Assembly: GCA_963827545.1 (NCBI GenBank)
Contig: CAWHBI010000048.1
Location: forward strand, 43,665-107,664
DNA: 64,000 nt
Direction of reading: 5' to 3'
Source: an uncultured Alphaproteobacteria bacterium
GTDB lineage: Bacteria; Pseudomonadota; Alphaproteobacteria; Rhizobiales; Hyphomicrobiaceae
Shown: positions 29,112 to 38,313 of the stretch, piece after piece
Layout: each line of letters starts with the position of its first letter
How positions within the stretch are numbered: the stretch's first letter is position 1
Position numbers and translations under genes: made by a program
Notes under the pieces: generated by a model
Told to the model about the DNA's origin: nothing
Seen by the model: the letters and a program-made list of their open reading frames with translations, nothing else
The model's database searches: none

Positions 29112-29888
29112 CTATTCAGCGGCCTGTCCTGCGGCCCGCCGCGCGCGGCTGGCCCTCTGTATCAGCCATCCAATCGCCACCACCAGGACTGCGCCGAAGA
29201 TCTCCACGGCCCGGGCGATGAACTTTGTGGTCACGCCCAGCGCTTCTGCCGCGACTGTTACATAGGTCTGGAGAATGGGCTCAGTCGCGATCAACTCGCC
29301 TGCCACCCAGCCAAGCAAAGCCGAGCCCGCCCAGACGAGGATCGGCACGCGATCGAGGAGCCACACGAGCAGGGTCGAGCCGAACACGACGAGCGGAATG
29401 CTGATGATGAGACCGAGGATAATGAGGTTGGTGTCGCCACCGGCTGCTGCAGCAATTGCCAGGACATTGTCGAGGCTCATCACGATGTCGGCGATCGCGA
29501 CAATCTTCACCGCTTCCCACACATTGCCGCCCGATTTGACGCTGTTCTCATCAGACTCCTCTCCCAGAAGCAGCTTGACCGCTATCCAGAGCAGGATCAG
29601 TCCGCCAACCAGCTTGAGCCAGGGCACGTCGAACAGCTGCTGCACGACGATCGTGAAGAGGATGCGCAGTACAACCGCGGCGCCGGCACCAAGGATGATA
29701 CCTATGACGCGTTGGCGTGGCGGCAGCGTGCGGCAGGCCAGCGCTATGACGATCGCGTTGTCGCCTGAGAGGACGATGTTGATGCCGATGATGCGGAGGA
29801 CGGCAACGACGTAGGCGGCATCAAGGCCCAGTACACCCTGAAGATACTGCGCGATCTGATCGCTCCATGCTGCAAAAACGACCAGCAT
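29112..29888 (-). CDS. TerC-family integral membrane protein
   Basis: LSGDNAIVIALA and SLDNVLAIAAAA are the duplicated TerC motifs. Confidence 0.85.
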   Translation of the reverse strand: MLVVFAAWSDQIAQYLQGVLGLDAAYVVAVLRIIGINIVLSGDNAIVIALACRTLPPRQRVIGIILGAGAAVVLRILFTIVVQQLFDVPWLKLVGGLILLWIAVKLLLGEESDENSVKSGGNVWEAVKIVAIADIVMSLDNVLAIAAAAGGDTNLIILGLIISIPLVVFGSTLLVWLLDRVPILVWAGSALLGWVAGELIATEPILQTYVTVAAEALGVTTKFIARAVEIFGAVLVVAIGWLIQRASRARRAAGQAAE

Positions 29889-30114
29889 TGCTTGTCTCTC
29901 CCCCGATTTTCTGCACCCAAGCCAAACAGCCGGGCATCGCAGCTATATAATTGCAGGCGCACCGCGATGGGTAGGGTGCACCTTGGTCGCAGGCGGCAAC
30001 CATCGTTCGCGCCGCCGGCGAGACTTCACACCGAACGGCAGGGCGGACTGCGCACCACGCGGGCCAGCATCCATCGCTCCAGGCCAGGCTCCACCTCGAC
30101 AGCAGAGCGACATA

Positions 30115-30131
30115 TGGCATATGGTATGCCA
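30115..30131. promoter_or_regulatory. Candidate operator (7-3-7 perfect inverted repeat) upstream of the formate dehydrogenase operon
   Basis: TGGCATA-TGG-TATGCCA lies in the terC/fdh divergent intergenic region and is related to the TGGTATACCA sites near gntR. Confidence 0.4.
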
Positions 30132-30216
30132 GAATGCTAGCTCTTGCATCATCTCGTGCATCGGCAGCCATGACCATGCATGAGATCAGGACACCGCGTC
30201 CTTTGGGCTCCCGCGA

Positions 30217-31938
30217 ATGAATGACGTCGCAAGAGGGAAAAGCAGCGCGCCCCTGGGCGAGCGCCGCTCGATTCATCCTGGTTCCGGCCGACGCAAGGCT
30301 GCGCCTTTTCCGCGCGGCCGGGTGCTCAAGGACGGTGAGGTAGCTGCGGTTAGAGCAATCCTGGGCGAGCGGCCTCGCGAGCGAGCCCTGCTGATCGAGT
30401 TCCTGCACCTCATCCAGGACCTTGAGGGCTGCCTGCCCGAGGGCCATTTGCACGCGCTGGCAGAAGAGCTCAAGATCCCGATGGCGGAGGTCTACGAGGT
30501 CGCCACCTTCTATGCCCATTTCGATGTCGTGGGCGAGGGCGAAGAGCGGCCGCCCAAGGTTACCATAAGGGTGTGCGACAGCTTGAGCTGCATGCTCGCT
30601 GGGGCCGAGAGGCTGCTCGGCGAACTGCAAAGTGAACGGATGCCGGGCGTACGTGTGCTGCGCGCCCCGTGCATCGGCTCGTGCGACACGGCGCCGGCCG
30701 CCGAGGTCGGGCACCTTCACGTCGACCAAGCGACTGTCGGCAAACTCCTGAACCTTGCAAGCCGCGGCGAGGTGCAGCCCGAGATGCCGGCCTACCATGA
30801 TTTCGACGCTCACGCGAAAGCGGGGGGCTACGCGATTTTGCGTTCCTGCCTCTCAGGCGCGCGCAAGGTCGAGGATGTAATCGCGGTACTGTCCGATGGG
30901 GGCCTGCGCGGACTAGGGGGCGCAGGCTTTCCCACGGGCCGCAAGTGGGGCCTGGTGCGGGCCGAGAAGGGCCCGCGCCTGATGGCGGTGAACGGCGACG
31001 AGGGCGAACCCGGCACCTTCAAGGACCGCTATTACCTCGAGCGCGAGCCGCACAAGTTCCTGGAGGGCACGCTGATCGCCGCGTGGGCGGTGGAGGCCGA
31101 GCAGGTCTTCATCTACATCCGCGACGAATACCCAGCGGTCCTGAAAATACTCGCGAAGGAAATCCCGAAGCTGGAGTCGGCGGGCCTTTCCAAGCACACC
31201 AGGCTCACCGTTCGCCGCGGCGCGGGTGCCTACATCTGCGGCGAAGAGAGCGCCATGATCGAGTCGATCGAGGGCAAGCGTGGATTGCCGCGGCACCGGC
31301 CGCCCTATGTGGCACAGGTCGGCGTGTTCGGCCGGCCGACGCTCGTCAACAACATCGAGACGCTCTACTGGGTGCCGGCCATCCTCGATAAGGGCGCAGC
31401 CTGGTTCGCCTCGCAGGGCAAGAACGGCGCCAAGGGCCTGCGCTCCTATTCGGTATCGGGGCGCGTCAAGAAACCGGGGGTCGTGCTGACTGCTGCAGGC
31501 TCGACCGCCAGGGACCTCATCGCGCTGTGCGGCGGCATGGCCGGGGGCCACAACTTCAAGGGCTATTTGCCGGGCGGAGCCTCGGGCGGCATCCTGCCCG
31601 CCTACATGGCCGACATCCCGCTCGACTTCGGCCAGCTCGAGAAGCACGGCTGCTTTGTCGGCAGCCACGCCGTCGTCATTCTGTCCGACAAGGATGACAT
31701 GAAGGCGGTGGCCCTCAATCTCATGCGCTTCTTCGAGGACGAGAGCTGCGGCCAGTGCACACCGTGCCGCAACGGCACCGAAAAGGCCGTGAAGCTGATG
31801 AGCGGGGGCAATTGGAACGCCGAGCTGCTGGATGACTTGGCGCAGGTGATGGGTGATGCCTCAATCTGCGGCCTCGGACAGGCGGCGCCCAATCCTGTCA
31901 GGTGTGTGTTCAAGTATTTCCCGGAGGACTTGCGGTGA
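30217..31938 (+). CDS. NAD-dependent formate dehydrogenase diaphorase subunit (fused NuoE-like + NuoF-like)
   Basis: The N-terminus is 2Fe-2S NuoE-like (VCDSLSCMLAG...APCIGSCDTAP). The rest is NuoF-like (GLRGLGGAGFPTGRKW, NGDEGEPGTFKDR, ESCGQCTPCRNG). The start is uncertain. Confidence 0.9.
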   Translation: MNDVARGKSSAPLGERRSIHPGSGRRKAAPFPRGRVLKDGEVAAVRAILGERPRERALLIEFLHLIQDLEGCLPEGHLHALAEELKIPMAEVYEVATFYAHFDVVGEGEERPPKVTIRVCDSLSCMLAGAERLLGELQSERMPGVRVLRAPCIGSCDTAPAAEVGHLHVDQATVGKLLNLASRGEVQPEMPAYHDFDAHAKAGGYAILRSCLSGARKVEDVIAVLSDGGLRGLGGAGFPTGRKWGLVRAEKGPRLMAVNGDEGEPGTFKDRYYLEREPHKFLEGTLIAAWAVEAEQVFIYIRDEYPAVLKILAKEIPKLESAGLSKHTRLTVRRGAGAYICGEESAMIESIEGKRGLPRHRPPYVAQVGVFGRPTLVNNIETLYWVPAILDKGAAWFASQGKNGAKGLRSYSVSGRVKKPGVVLTAAGSTARDLIALCGGMAGGHNFKGYLPGGASGGILPAYMADIPLDFGQLEKHGCFVGSHAVVILSDKDDMKAVALNLMRFFEDESCGQCTPCRNGTEKAVKLMSGGNWNAELLDDLAQVMGDASICGLGQAAPNPVRCVFKYFPEDLR

Positions 31939-32228
31939 GCAAGCTGCCGCAAGCCGTGCCCACCGTGCAGGTCGATAACGACCGGGTGCGCGTGACCGAG
32001 TGGCGGTTTGCGCCTGGCGCGGAAACTGGCGAGCACGTCCACCAGATGGACTACGTGGTGGTTCCTTCGGGCACCGGGCGGCTGAAACTGGTGTCGCCCG
32101 AGGGCAATGAGAGCTTCGCCGATCTGAGGCAGGGTGTATCCTATTTTCGCAAGGCCGGCGTTCATCACAACGTCATCAACGCCAACGACTTCGAATTCGC
32201 CTTTGTCGAGATCGAGCTGAAGAGCTGA
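31935..32228 (+). CDS. Cupin-domain protein
   Basis: GTG start overlapping the upstream stop (GTGA), with RBS GGAGGA. The cupin motif is GEHVHQMDYVVVPSG...VHHNVIN. Confidence 0.65.
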   Translation: MSKLPQAVPTVQVDNDRVRVTEWRFAPGAETGEHVHQMDYVVVPSGTGRLKLVSPEGNESFADLRQGVSYFRKAGVHHNVINANDFEFAFVEIELKS

Positions 32229-32237
32229 GGCCGCAGC

Positions 32238-35015
32238 ATGTCCACCAAGATCACCATCGAACTCGACGGCAAGCCGGTCGAGGCCGAGCCGGGCGAGACC
32301 ATCTGGCAGGTCGCCCAGCGGCACGGCACCAAGATCCCGCACCTGTGCTGGCATCCAGCGCCGGGGTATCGCGCCGACGGCAACTGCCGCGCTTGCATGG
32401 TCGAGATCGAGGGCGAGCGGGTGCTGGCCGCCTCATGCCAGCGCAGGGCTGCGGCTGGCATGAAGGTCAAGACCGGCTCGGAACGCGCAAGAAAATCTCG
32501 CGAGATGGTATTCGAGCTGCTGATGGCAGATCAGCCCATGCGGGAAAGTAGCCACGACCCGAAGTCCAGCTTCTGGAACTGGGTCGATGCCATGGGCGTC
32601 ACGCCCACCAGCCGCTTTCCGCGAGACCTTCGGCCAGCCGCGGACAGCACGCATTCGGCCATCGCCGTCAACCTCGACGCCTGCATCAATTGCGGCCTGT
32701 GCGTGCGCGCGTGCCGCGAGGTGCAGGCCAACGACGTGATCGGTATGGCCTATCGCGGGCATGGCTCCAAGGTGGTGTTCGACTTCGACGCGGGCATGGG
32801 TCACTCCACCTGCGTCGCCTGCGGCGAGTGCGTGCAGGTATGCCCGACCGGAGCGCTCATGGAGAAGGGCCTGCTCGACAACGCGGGCAAGCGCGTCAAC
32901 TACGAGACGAAGTCGGTCGATACGTTGTGCCCCTACTGCGGCGTCGGTTGCCAGACCACGGTGCACGTGAAGGACAACAAGATCCTTTACATCGACGGAC
33001 GCGACGGGCCAGCCAACAACAACAGATTGTGCGTCAAGGGCCGCTTCGGCTTCGACTACATCCATCACCCCGATCGGCTGATGAAGCCGTTGATCCGCCG
33101 CGAGGGCGTCGCCAAGGACGCCAACATGCAGATCAGGCGCGAGGAGGTCGACAAGTATTTCCGCGAAGCGAGCTGGGAGGAGGCCCTGCAGCGGGCCGCC
33201 TCGGGTCTCAAAGGCATTCACGAGCGCGATGGCGGCAAGGCGCTTGCCGGCTTCGGCTCGGCCAAAGGGTCCAACGAGGAGGCCTATCTTTTCCAGAAGC
33301 TGATCCGGCAAGGCTTCGGCACCAACAACGTCGACCACTGTACCCGGCTCTGTCATGCCTCCTCAGTGGCGGCGCTGATGGAGGGCTTGAACTCGGGTGC
33401 CGTGACAGCGCCGTTCACGGCCGCCAAGGACAGCGACTGCATCATCGTCATCGGCGCGCGGCCGACGGAGAACCATCCGGTCGCCGCCACCTTCCTCAAG
33501 AATGCCGCGGCGCGCGGCGCCAAGCTGATCGTCATGGACCCGCGCGGGCATTCTCAGGGTCTCGCCCGCTATGCCAGCCACACCCTGCAGTTCAAGCCGG
33601 GCCGCGACGTGGCGCTGCTCAACGCCATGCTCAACACGATCGTCGAGGAGGGCATGGTCGACGTCCAGTATGTGCAGGCGCACACCGAGGGATTCGAGAG
33701 CCTCAAGGCGAAAGTGAAGGACTTCCCCCCGGAGAAGATGGAGCCGGTGTGCGGCGTTCCCGCGGCCACCATTCGCGAGGTGGCACGCCTCTATGCCCGC
33801 TCCGAGCGCTCGATCATCTTTTGGGGCATGGGCATCTCGCAGCATACCCACGGCACCGACAACGCCCGGTGCCTGATCGCGCTGGCTCTCGTCACGGGCC
33901 AGGTGGGGCGGCCCGGCACCGGGCTGCATCCCCTGCGCGGTCAGAACAACGTCCAGGGCGCGTCCGATGCCGGCCTGATCCCCATGGTGTTTCCCGACTA
34001 CAAGTCGGTCGAGGACGTGTCCATCCGCAGCGCCTACGAGGAGTTCTGGGGTGTCCAGCTCGACCCCACCAAGGGGCTGACAGTGGTCGAGATCATGCAT
34101 GCCATCAAGGACGGCGTGATCAAGGGCATGTACATCATGGGCGAAAACCCAGCGATGTCCGACCCCGACGTGCAGCACGCGCGCGAGGCGCTGGCCAGGC
34201 TCGAGCACCTCGTGGTGCAGGACATCTTCCTCACCGAGACTGCATGGCACGCTGACGTGGTGCTGCCAGCCTCGGCGCATGCCGAGAAGTGGGGCACTTT
34301 CACCAACACCAATCGGCAGGTGCAGATCGCGCGGCCGGTGATCGATCCGCCTGGAGATGCGCGGCAGGACTGGGCGCTGATACAGCAGCTGGCTCAAGGG
34401 ATTGGGCTCAAGTGGAGCTACAAGGACGTGTCGGAGGTGTTCGCCGAGATGGCCAAGGTGATGCCCTCCCTCGAGAACATCACCTGGGAGCGCCTGGTGC
34501 GCGAGGACGCCGTCACCTATCCTTGCGACGCGCCCGACAAGCCCGGCAACGAGATCATTTTCGCCACCTCGTTTCCCACCAAGTCCGGCCGGGCGAAAAT
34601 CGTGCCGGCCGACCTGCTGCCGCCCGACGAGCTGCCCGACGCCGAGTATCCACTCGTGCTGACGACGGGCCGCCTGCTCGAGCACTGGCACACCGGCTCC
34701 ATGACGCGCCGAGCCTCCAACCTCGACACGCTCGAGCCCGAAGCAATCGCTGGCTTGAACCCCAGGGAGATGGAAAAGCTCGGGGTTCCTCCAGGCGGGT
34801 TCGTCCGCGTTTCCACACGCCGTGGCGAGGTCGTGCTCAAGGCCCGCGCCGACCGTGATGTCGCCGAGGGGATGGTGTTCCTCCCCTTCTGCTTCGCGGA
34901 AGCCGCCGCCAACCTGCTCACCAACCCTCAGCTCGATCCCATGGGTAAAATCCCCGAGTTCAAGTTCTGCGCGGCCAAGGTGGAGCCGGTGGAGATGGCG
35001 GTGGCTGCCGAGTGA
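32238..35015 (+). CDS. Formate dehydrogenase alpha (molybdopterin) subunit
   Basis: N-terminal 2Fe-2S and 4Fe-4S Cys clusters (CINCGLCVRACREVQ, CVACGECVQVCPTGA, LCPYCGVGC), followed by a molybdopterin oxidoreductase domain. 925 aa. Confidence 0.95.
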   Translation: MSTKITIELDGKPVEAEPGETIWQVAQRHGTKIPHLCWHPAPGYRADGNCRACMVEIEGERVLAASCQRRAAAGMKVKTGSERARKSREMVFELLMADQPMRESSHDPKSSFWNWVDAMGVTPTSRFPRDLRPAADSTHSAIAVNLDACINCGLCVRACREVQANDVIGMAYRGHGSKVVFDFDAGMGHSTCVACGECVQVCPTGALMEKGLLDNAGKRVNYETKSVDTLCPYCGVGCQTTVHVKDNKILYIDGRDGPANNNRLCVKGRFGFDYIHHPDRLMKPLIRREGVAKDANMQIRREEVDKYFREASWEEALQRAASGLKGIHERDGGKALAGFGSAKGSNEEAYLFQKLIRQGFGTNNVDHCTRLCHASSVAALMEGLNSGAVTAPFTAAKDSDCIIVIGARPTENHPVAATFLKNAAARGAKLIVMDPRGHSQGLARYASHTLQFKPGRDVALLNAMLNTIVEEGMVDVQYVQAHTEGFESLKAKVKDFPPEKMEPVCGVPAATIREVARLYARSERSIIFWGMGISQHTHGTDNARCLIALALVTGQVGRPGTGLHPLRGQNNVQGASDAGLIPMVFPDYKSVEDVSIRSAYEEFWGVQLDPTKGLTVVEIMHAIKDGVIKGMYIMGENPAMSDPDVQHAREALARLEHLVVQDIFLTETAWHADVVLPASAHAEKWGTFTNTNRQVQIARPVIDPPGDARQDWALIQQLAQGIGLKWSYKDVSEVFAEMAKVMPSLENITWERLVREDAVTYPCDAPDKPGNEIIFATSFPTKSGRAKIVPADLLPPDELPDAEYPLVLTTGRLLEHWHTGSMTRRASNLDTLEPEAIAGLNPREMEKLGVPPGGFVRVSTRRGEVVLKARADRDVAEGMVFLPFCFAEAAANLLTNPQLDPMGKIPEFKFCAAKVEPVEMAVAAE

Positions 35016-35121
35016 AGCCAAGAGCCCGCTGCGCGTGGTCCACGCCGCGCGCAACCTCGACGACGTCATCTGAGAAGCGCTAAGACTGCCTGCAGGCACC
35101 GATACGCAGGAGGAAACCACC

Positions 35122-35433
35122 ATGGCCATCACCATCTTCGTCGTGCGCGCCACCATCACCAAGGACAGGGAGGCCGCGTTCAACACGTGGTACAACGAGG
35201 AGCACGCGCCGCAGCTGCTGCAATACAACGGCGCTGTGAGCGCCCGGCGCTACAAGCAGATCCTGGGCGACGACAAATACGAGTACCTGGCGGTCTACGA
35301 GTTCGCGAGCGAGGACGTGTTCCGGCGCTTCATGCAATCGGACCATCTGAAGACGCTCGTCAGGGAGTACGATGCCCACTTCGGCGAGGTCTCGCAGCGC
35401 GCCCGCTCGGCCTACGTGCAGATCTGGCCTTGA
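35122..35433 (+). CDS. Small dimeric alpha/beta-barrel-like protein (DUF4286/EthD-like)
   Basis: 103-aa ORF containing FNTWYNEEHAPQLL. The family assignment is tentative. Confidence 0.55.
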   Translation: MAITIFVVRATITKDREAAFNTWYNEEHAPQLLQYNGAVSARRYKQILGDDKYEYLAVYEFASEDVFRRFMQSDHLKTLVREYDAHFGEVSQRARSAYVQIWP

Positions 35434-35452
35434 CGCAGGGGGTGCGAGCCGC

Positions 35453-36097
35453 TCAGGCGAGTTCCGCCATCTCACCGGCGATATTGGCTCGCGCACGCGC
35501 TTCCCAAAGTGCTCGCAGCTGCTCCGTGCAGTAGATCTGCTCGCGGGCCAGAAAGGCTTGAAGCACGCGTCGACGCCCCGGCCGATACGGCTCCTCTGCA
35601 ACATGGCTGTACTCGCGCCGGATCGCCTGCGCATAGGCGTGATACGCGGTCGGCGCCGCCGCCAGGATCGACAGGTCGAGGTCGAGCAGCAGTGCGATAT
35701 CGGCATCGTCGTGGGGCGATAGCGCGCCCTGGCCATGGGCTGTAGCGCTGACATAGCGCGCGACCTTGGCAACGAGCTCCCTCGGGAAGCCCAGGCGAGT
35801 CAACCGATCGATCGCGTGGGCTGCGCTGGCATGCTCGTTGTCATGCCGCGCAGGGTCATAGACGACATCGTGGAAGAGGATCGCCAGCGCCACCGCATCG
35901 TGGTCGCCGACCCCGCGACCATGCTCCTCCAGCAGCCTCAGCAGCGCAGCGATGTGATCGAGCGTGTGGTAGTGGCGATGGGATTCGCCATAAGCGCGCA
36001 CGAGTTCATCCAGCACCGCCTCTGCCGCTGGTCCCGCGCACCCGTGCCGCAGCATGAGATCGTCCCAGCATCGTTGCACGATGGTCCGTGCGCTCAT
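35453..36097 (-). CDS. HD-domain metal-dependent phosphohydrolase (COG4339-like)
   Basis: YHTLDHIAALL and AILFHDVVYD supply the H...HD...D residues. There is a 4-nt overlap with the upstream MaoC gene. Confidence 0.7.
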   Translation of the reverse strand: MSARTIVQRCWDDLMLRHGCAGPAAEAVLDELVRAYGESHRHYHTLDHIAALLRLLEEHGRGVGDHDAVALAILFHDVVYDPARHDNEHASAAHAIDRLTRLGFPRELVAKVARYVSATAHGQGALSPHDDADIALLLDLDLSILAAAPTAYHAYAQAIRREYSHVAEEPYRPGRRRVLQAFLAREQIYCTEQLRALWEARARANIAGEMAELA

Positions 36098-36579
36098 GCG
36101 GCCACCACCCGCCTCTTGATCAGGTATTTCTGCTCGCCCTCCATCACCAACTCGCGCTTCTGGTTGTGCACGCTGGAGGCCAGCGTGAGCACACCTGTCG
36201 TGCGCTGGGGCTTCAAATCGGAGACCAGCAACAGCGGGTAGAGGGTATCGCCGGCGTGGACGGGCTTGAGGAAGCGCGAGGACTGCTCGATGAACCCGAT
36301 GAGCGAGTCCTCGACAAGGAATGGAAACAGCCCAGCTCCCGCCGCAGTCTGGATCAGCACCTGATAGCCGTGCGCCAGCAAGTCAGGATGGCCGTGGCGG
36401 CGGCAGAACTCGCGGTCATAGTGGATCGGATGGTTGTCGCCGGAAGCCGCCTGGAAGGCCAGGAACTGCGCTTCCGTGGCCGTGCGCGAAGGAATGTAGA
36501 ACGCTTCGCCGAGCTTGAAATCCTCGAAGTAACGCGAGGGGCCGAAGCGGTGGTTTGCTGGATCGAACGGTTCCGACAT
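36094..36579 (-). CDS. MaoC-family (hot-dog) dehydratase
   Basis: SGDNHPIHYDREF and the overall hot-dog fold pattern. Confidence 0.8.
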   Translation of the reverse strand: MSEPFDPANHRFGPSRYFEDFKLGEAFYIPSRTATEAQFLAFQAASGDNHPIHYDREFCRRHGHPDLLAHGYQVLIQTAAGAGLFPFLVEDSLIGFIEQSSRFLKPVHAGDTLYPLLLVSDLKPQRTTGVLTLASSVHNQKRELVMEGEQKYLIKRRVVAA

Positions 36580-36611
36580 CGGGTCTCCTGGCTGCAGCTG
36601 GGCGATCCAGG

Positions 36612-36962
36612 CTATCCCCGTTGGCGGCGCTTGGCCAAGTCCTCAGCCTGCAGGTGGCGGCCCGTGTCCAGAAGTTCCAGCATGTATTCACGATAGGTGA
36701 CGCCGGCCGCCTCGGCGCGCGCCACACGGAACTCGAGGATCGACAGCGGCGGGTTCTTCCAGGCCTCGGCGTGGGCCTTGCGCCAGACATAGTGCACGAA
36801 CGGGTCGACCGCGGGCTCCTCCTCCAGCGGCGGGCCCTGGTTGTGGCCGATGCGTGCGGACGCCGGCAGACCCCAGGCCATCAGCTCAGGTGGCGGTGTC
36901 AGGTGCTCGAGCCCCGGATGACGCGGCCTCCTGCGCCAGCCTCGATCGTAGCGGTCCCCCAT
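36612..36962 (-). CDS. Hypothetical protein
   Basis: 116-aa ORF with plausible composition. I recognise no family. Confidence 0.45.
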   Translation of the reverse strand: MGDRYDRGWRRRPRHPGLEHLTPPPELMAWGLPASARIGHNQGPPLEEEPAVDPFVHYVWRKAHAEAWKNPPLSILEFRVARAEAAGVTYREYMLELLDTGRHLQAEDLAKRRQRG

Positions 36963-36977
36963 GGCGGGATGTCGCTC

Positions 36978-38195
36978 CTACTCCGCGGGCAGGGCCCGCG
37001 CCTCGCGTTCCCGCACCATCAGCCACACTGCAGCGCCGACAACTGCACCCATCAGCGGGAGTGCGGCCAGATTGATGGCCACCCATCCGGCCTTCGCCGC
37101 CAACACGCCCGAGAGCGCAGCTGCCGACGCAGTGGCGGCATACACCGTAAAGTCGTGGCTGGCCTGAACCTTGGCCCGCTCGGCCGGCGTATAGGTCGAC
37201 GTCAACAGGGTCGATCCGCCGACAAAAGCGAAGTTCCAGCCGAGCCCCACCAGGATATTGGCGACGAGGAAATTGGCAAAGTCGACGCCGGTCAAGTTGA
37301 CGAGCGCACAGCCCACCTCGATCAGGCCACCAGCGGCGATGACTGGCAGCACGCCGAAGCGATTGATGAGATGGCCGGTGAAGAACGACGGCAGGAACAT
37401 CGCCACGATATGGGCCTGAATCACGGTGGCGCTATCGCTGAAGCCGAAACCGCAAGCCAGCATCGCGAGCGGCGTCGCGGACATGGTCAGCGTCATGACC
37501 GAGTAGCCGCATACCGAAGCGGCCAGGGCGACGCGATAGCTGGGCTGGCGCATGATCTGCGCCATGGGCCGGCCCTCGACCGCACGGTCGGCAGCGCTCA
37601 GCCGAGGGATGCGTACGAACTGTACGAGGGCCAGCACGGCGACTGAAAATCCCGCCATCGCCACGTAGACGCCAGCGAAGGTGACCGGTGCCAGCCAATC
37701 GACCGACCATTTCGCAACCTGTGGACCGAGAAGGCCAGCGAGCACACCACCGGCCATGACGAGCGAGATCGCCTTGGCGCGAAAGGCGGGCTCGGTGGCG
37801 TCGGCGGCGGCGAGGCGAAAGTACCAGAAGAAGGCGGCTTGCATGCCCTGGAAGACGGCGGCGACGCATAGGAGCGGAAAGCTCTGCCGGTAGATCGCCA
37901 GGCAGGCAACTGTGCCGGACACCACGCCGATCAGGGCGCCGATCGAGAACCCGGCGCGCCGCCCGATGACGGCCATCAGCAGGGAGGCAGGGATTGTCGT
38001 TCCCATGATGCCGAGGTGAACCAGAAAGATCGGGGCGGTGGCCAGCCACTTGTCATCTGGCCCCAGCAGCATGTGGCCCGCGAGCGGCGTGGCCGCGATG
38101 CCCATGGCCTGCACCGACATGAACAGCGCCTGCGCGAACGCCAGCACGCCCACGTTGCGGCGCTGCGGGTCAGCCAGAACGGCTCGGAGGCTCAT
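36978..38195 (-). CDS. MFS transporter
   Basis: 405-aa multi-TM protein. Confidence 0.8.
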   Translation of the reverse strand: MSLRAVLADPQRRNVGVLAFAQALFMSVQAMGIAATPLAGHMLLGPDDKWLATAPIFLVHLGIMGTTIPASLLMAVIGRRAGFSIGALIGVVSGTVACLAIYRQSFPLLCVAAVFQGMQAAFFWYFRLAAADATEPAFRAKAISLVMAGGVLAGLLGPQVAKWSVDWLAPVTFAGVYVAMAGFSVAVLALVQFVRIPRLSAADRAVEGRPMAQIMRQPSYRVALAASVCGYSVMTLTMSATPLAMLACGFGFSDSATVIQAHIVAMFLPSFFTGHLINRFGVLPVIAAGGLIEVGCALVNLTGVDFANFLVANILVGLGWNFAFVGGSTLLTSTYTPAERAKVQASHDFTVYAATASAAALSGVLAAKAGWVAINLAALPLMGAVVGAAVWLMVREREARALPAE

Positions 38196-38313
38196 TGGGG
38201 CCAGGGCCTGTCGACGAAGATTCGCTGTCTCTTACCGCGCGCAGGCCCATCTGTCTCGCGCTTCCCCTTGCATGGCTCTTCTGCGCTGGAAGGCGCTGAA
38301 GCTTGACCGTCCG

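Noticed and set aside
29889-30216. Possible yybP-ykoY (Mn2+) riboswitch in the leader of the TerC-family gene.
   Set aside because: I looked on the minus strand for the conserved GGGGAGUAG and UUGACA elements. Only GGGGAGAGACA is present, directly in front of the ATG, and it is better explained as the RBS. I could not assemble the canonical 5' half or the four-way junction.
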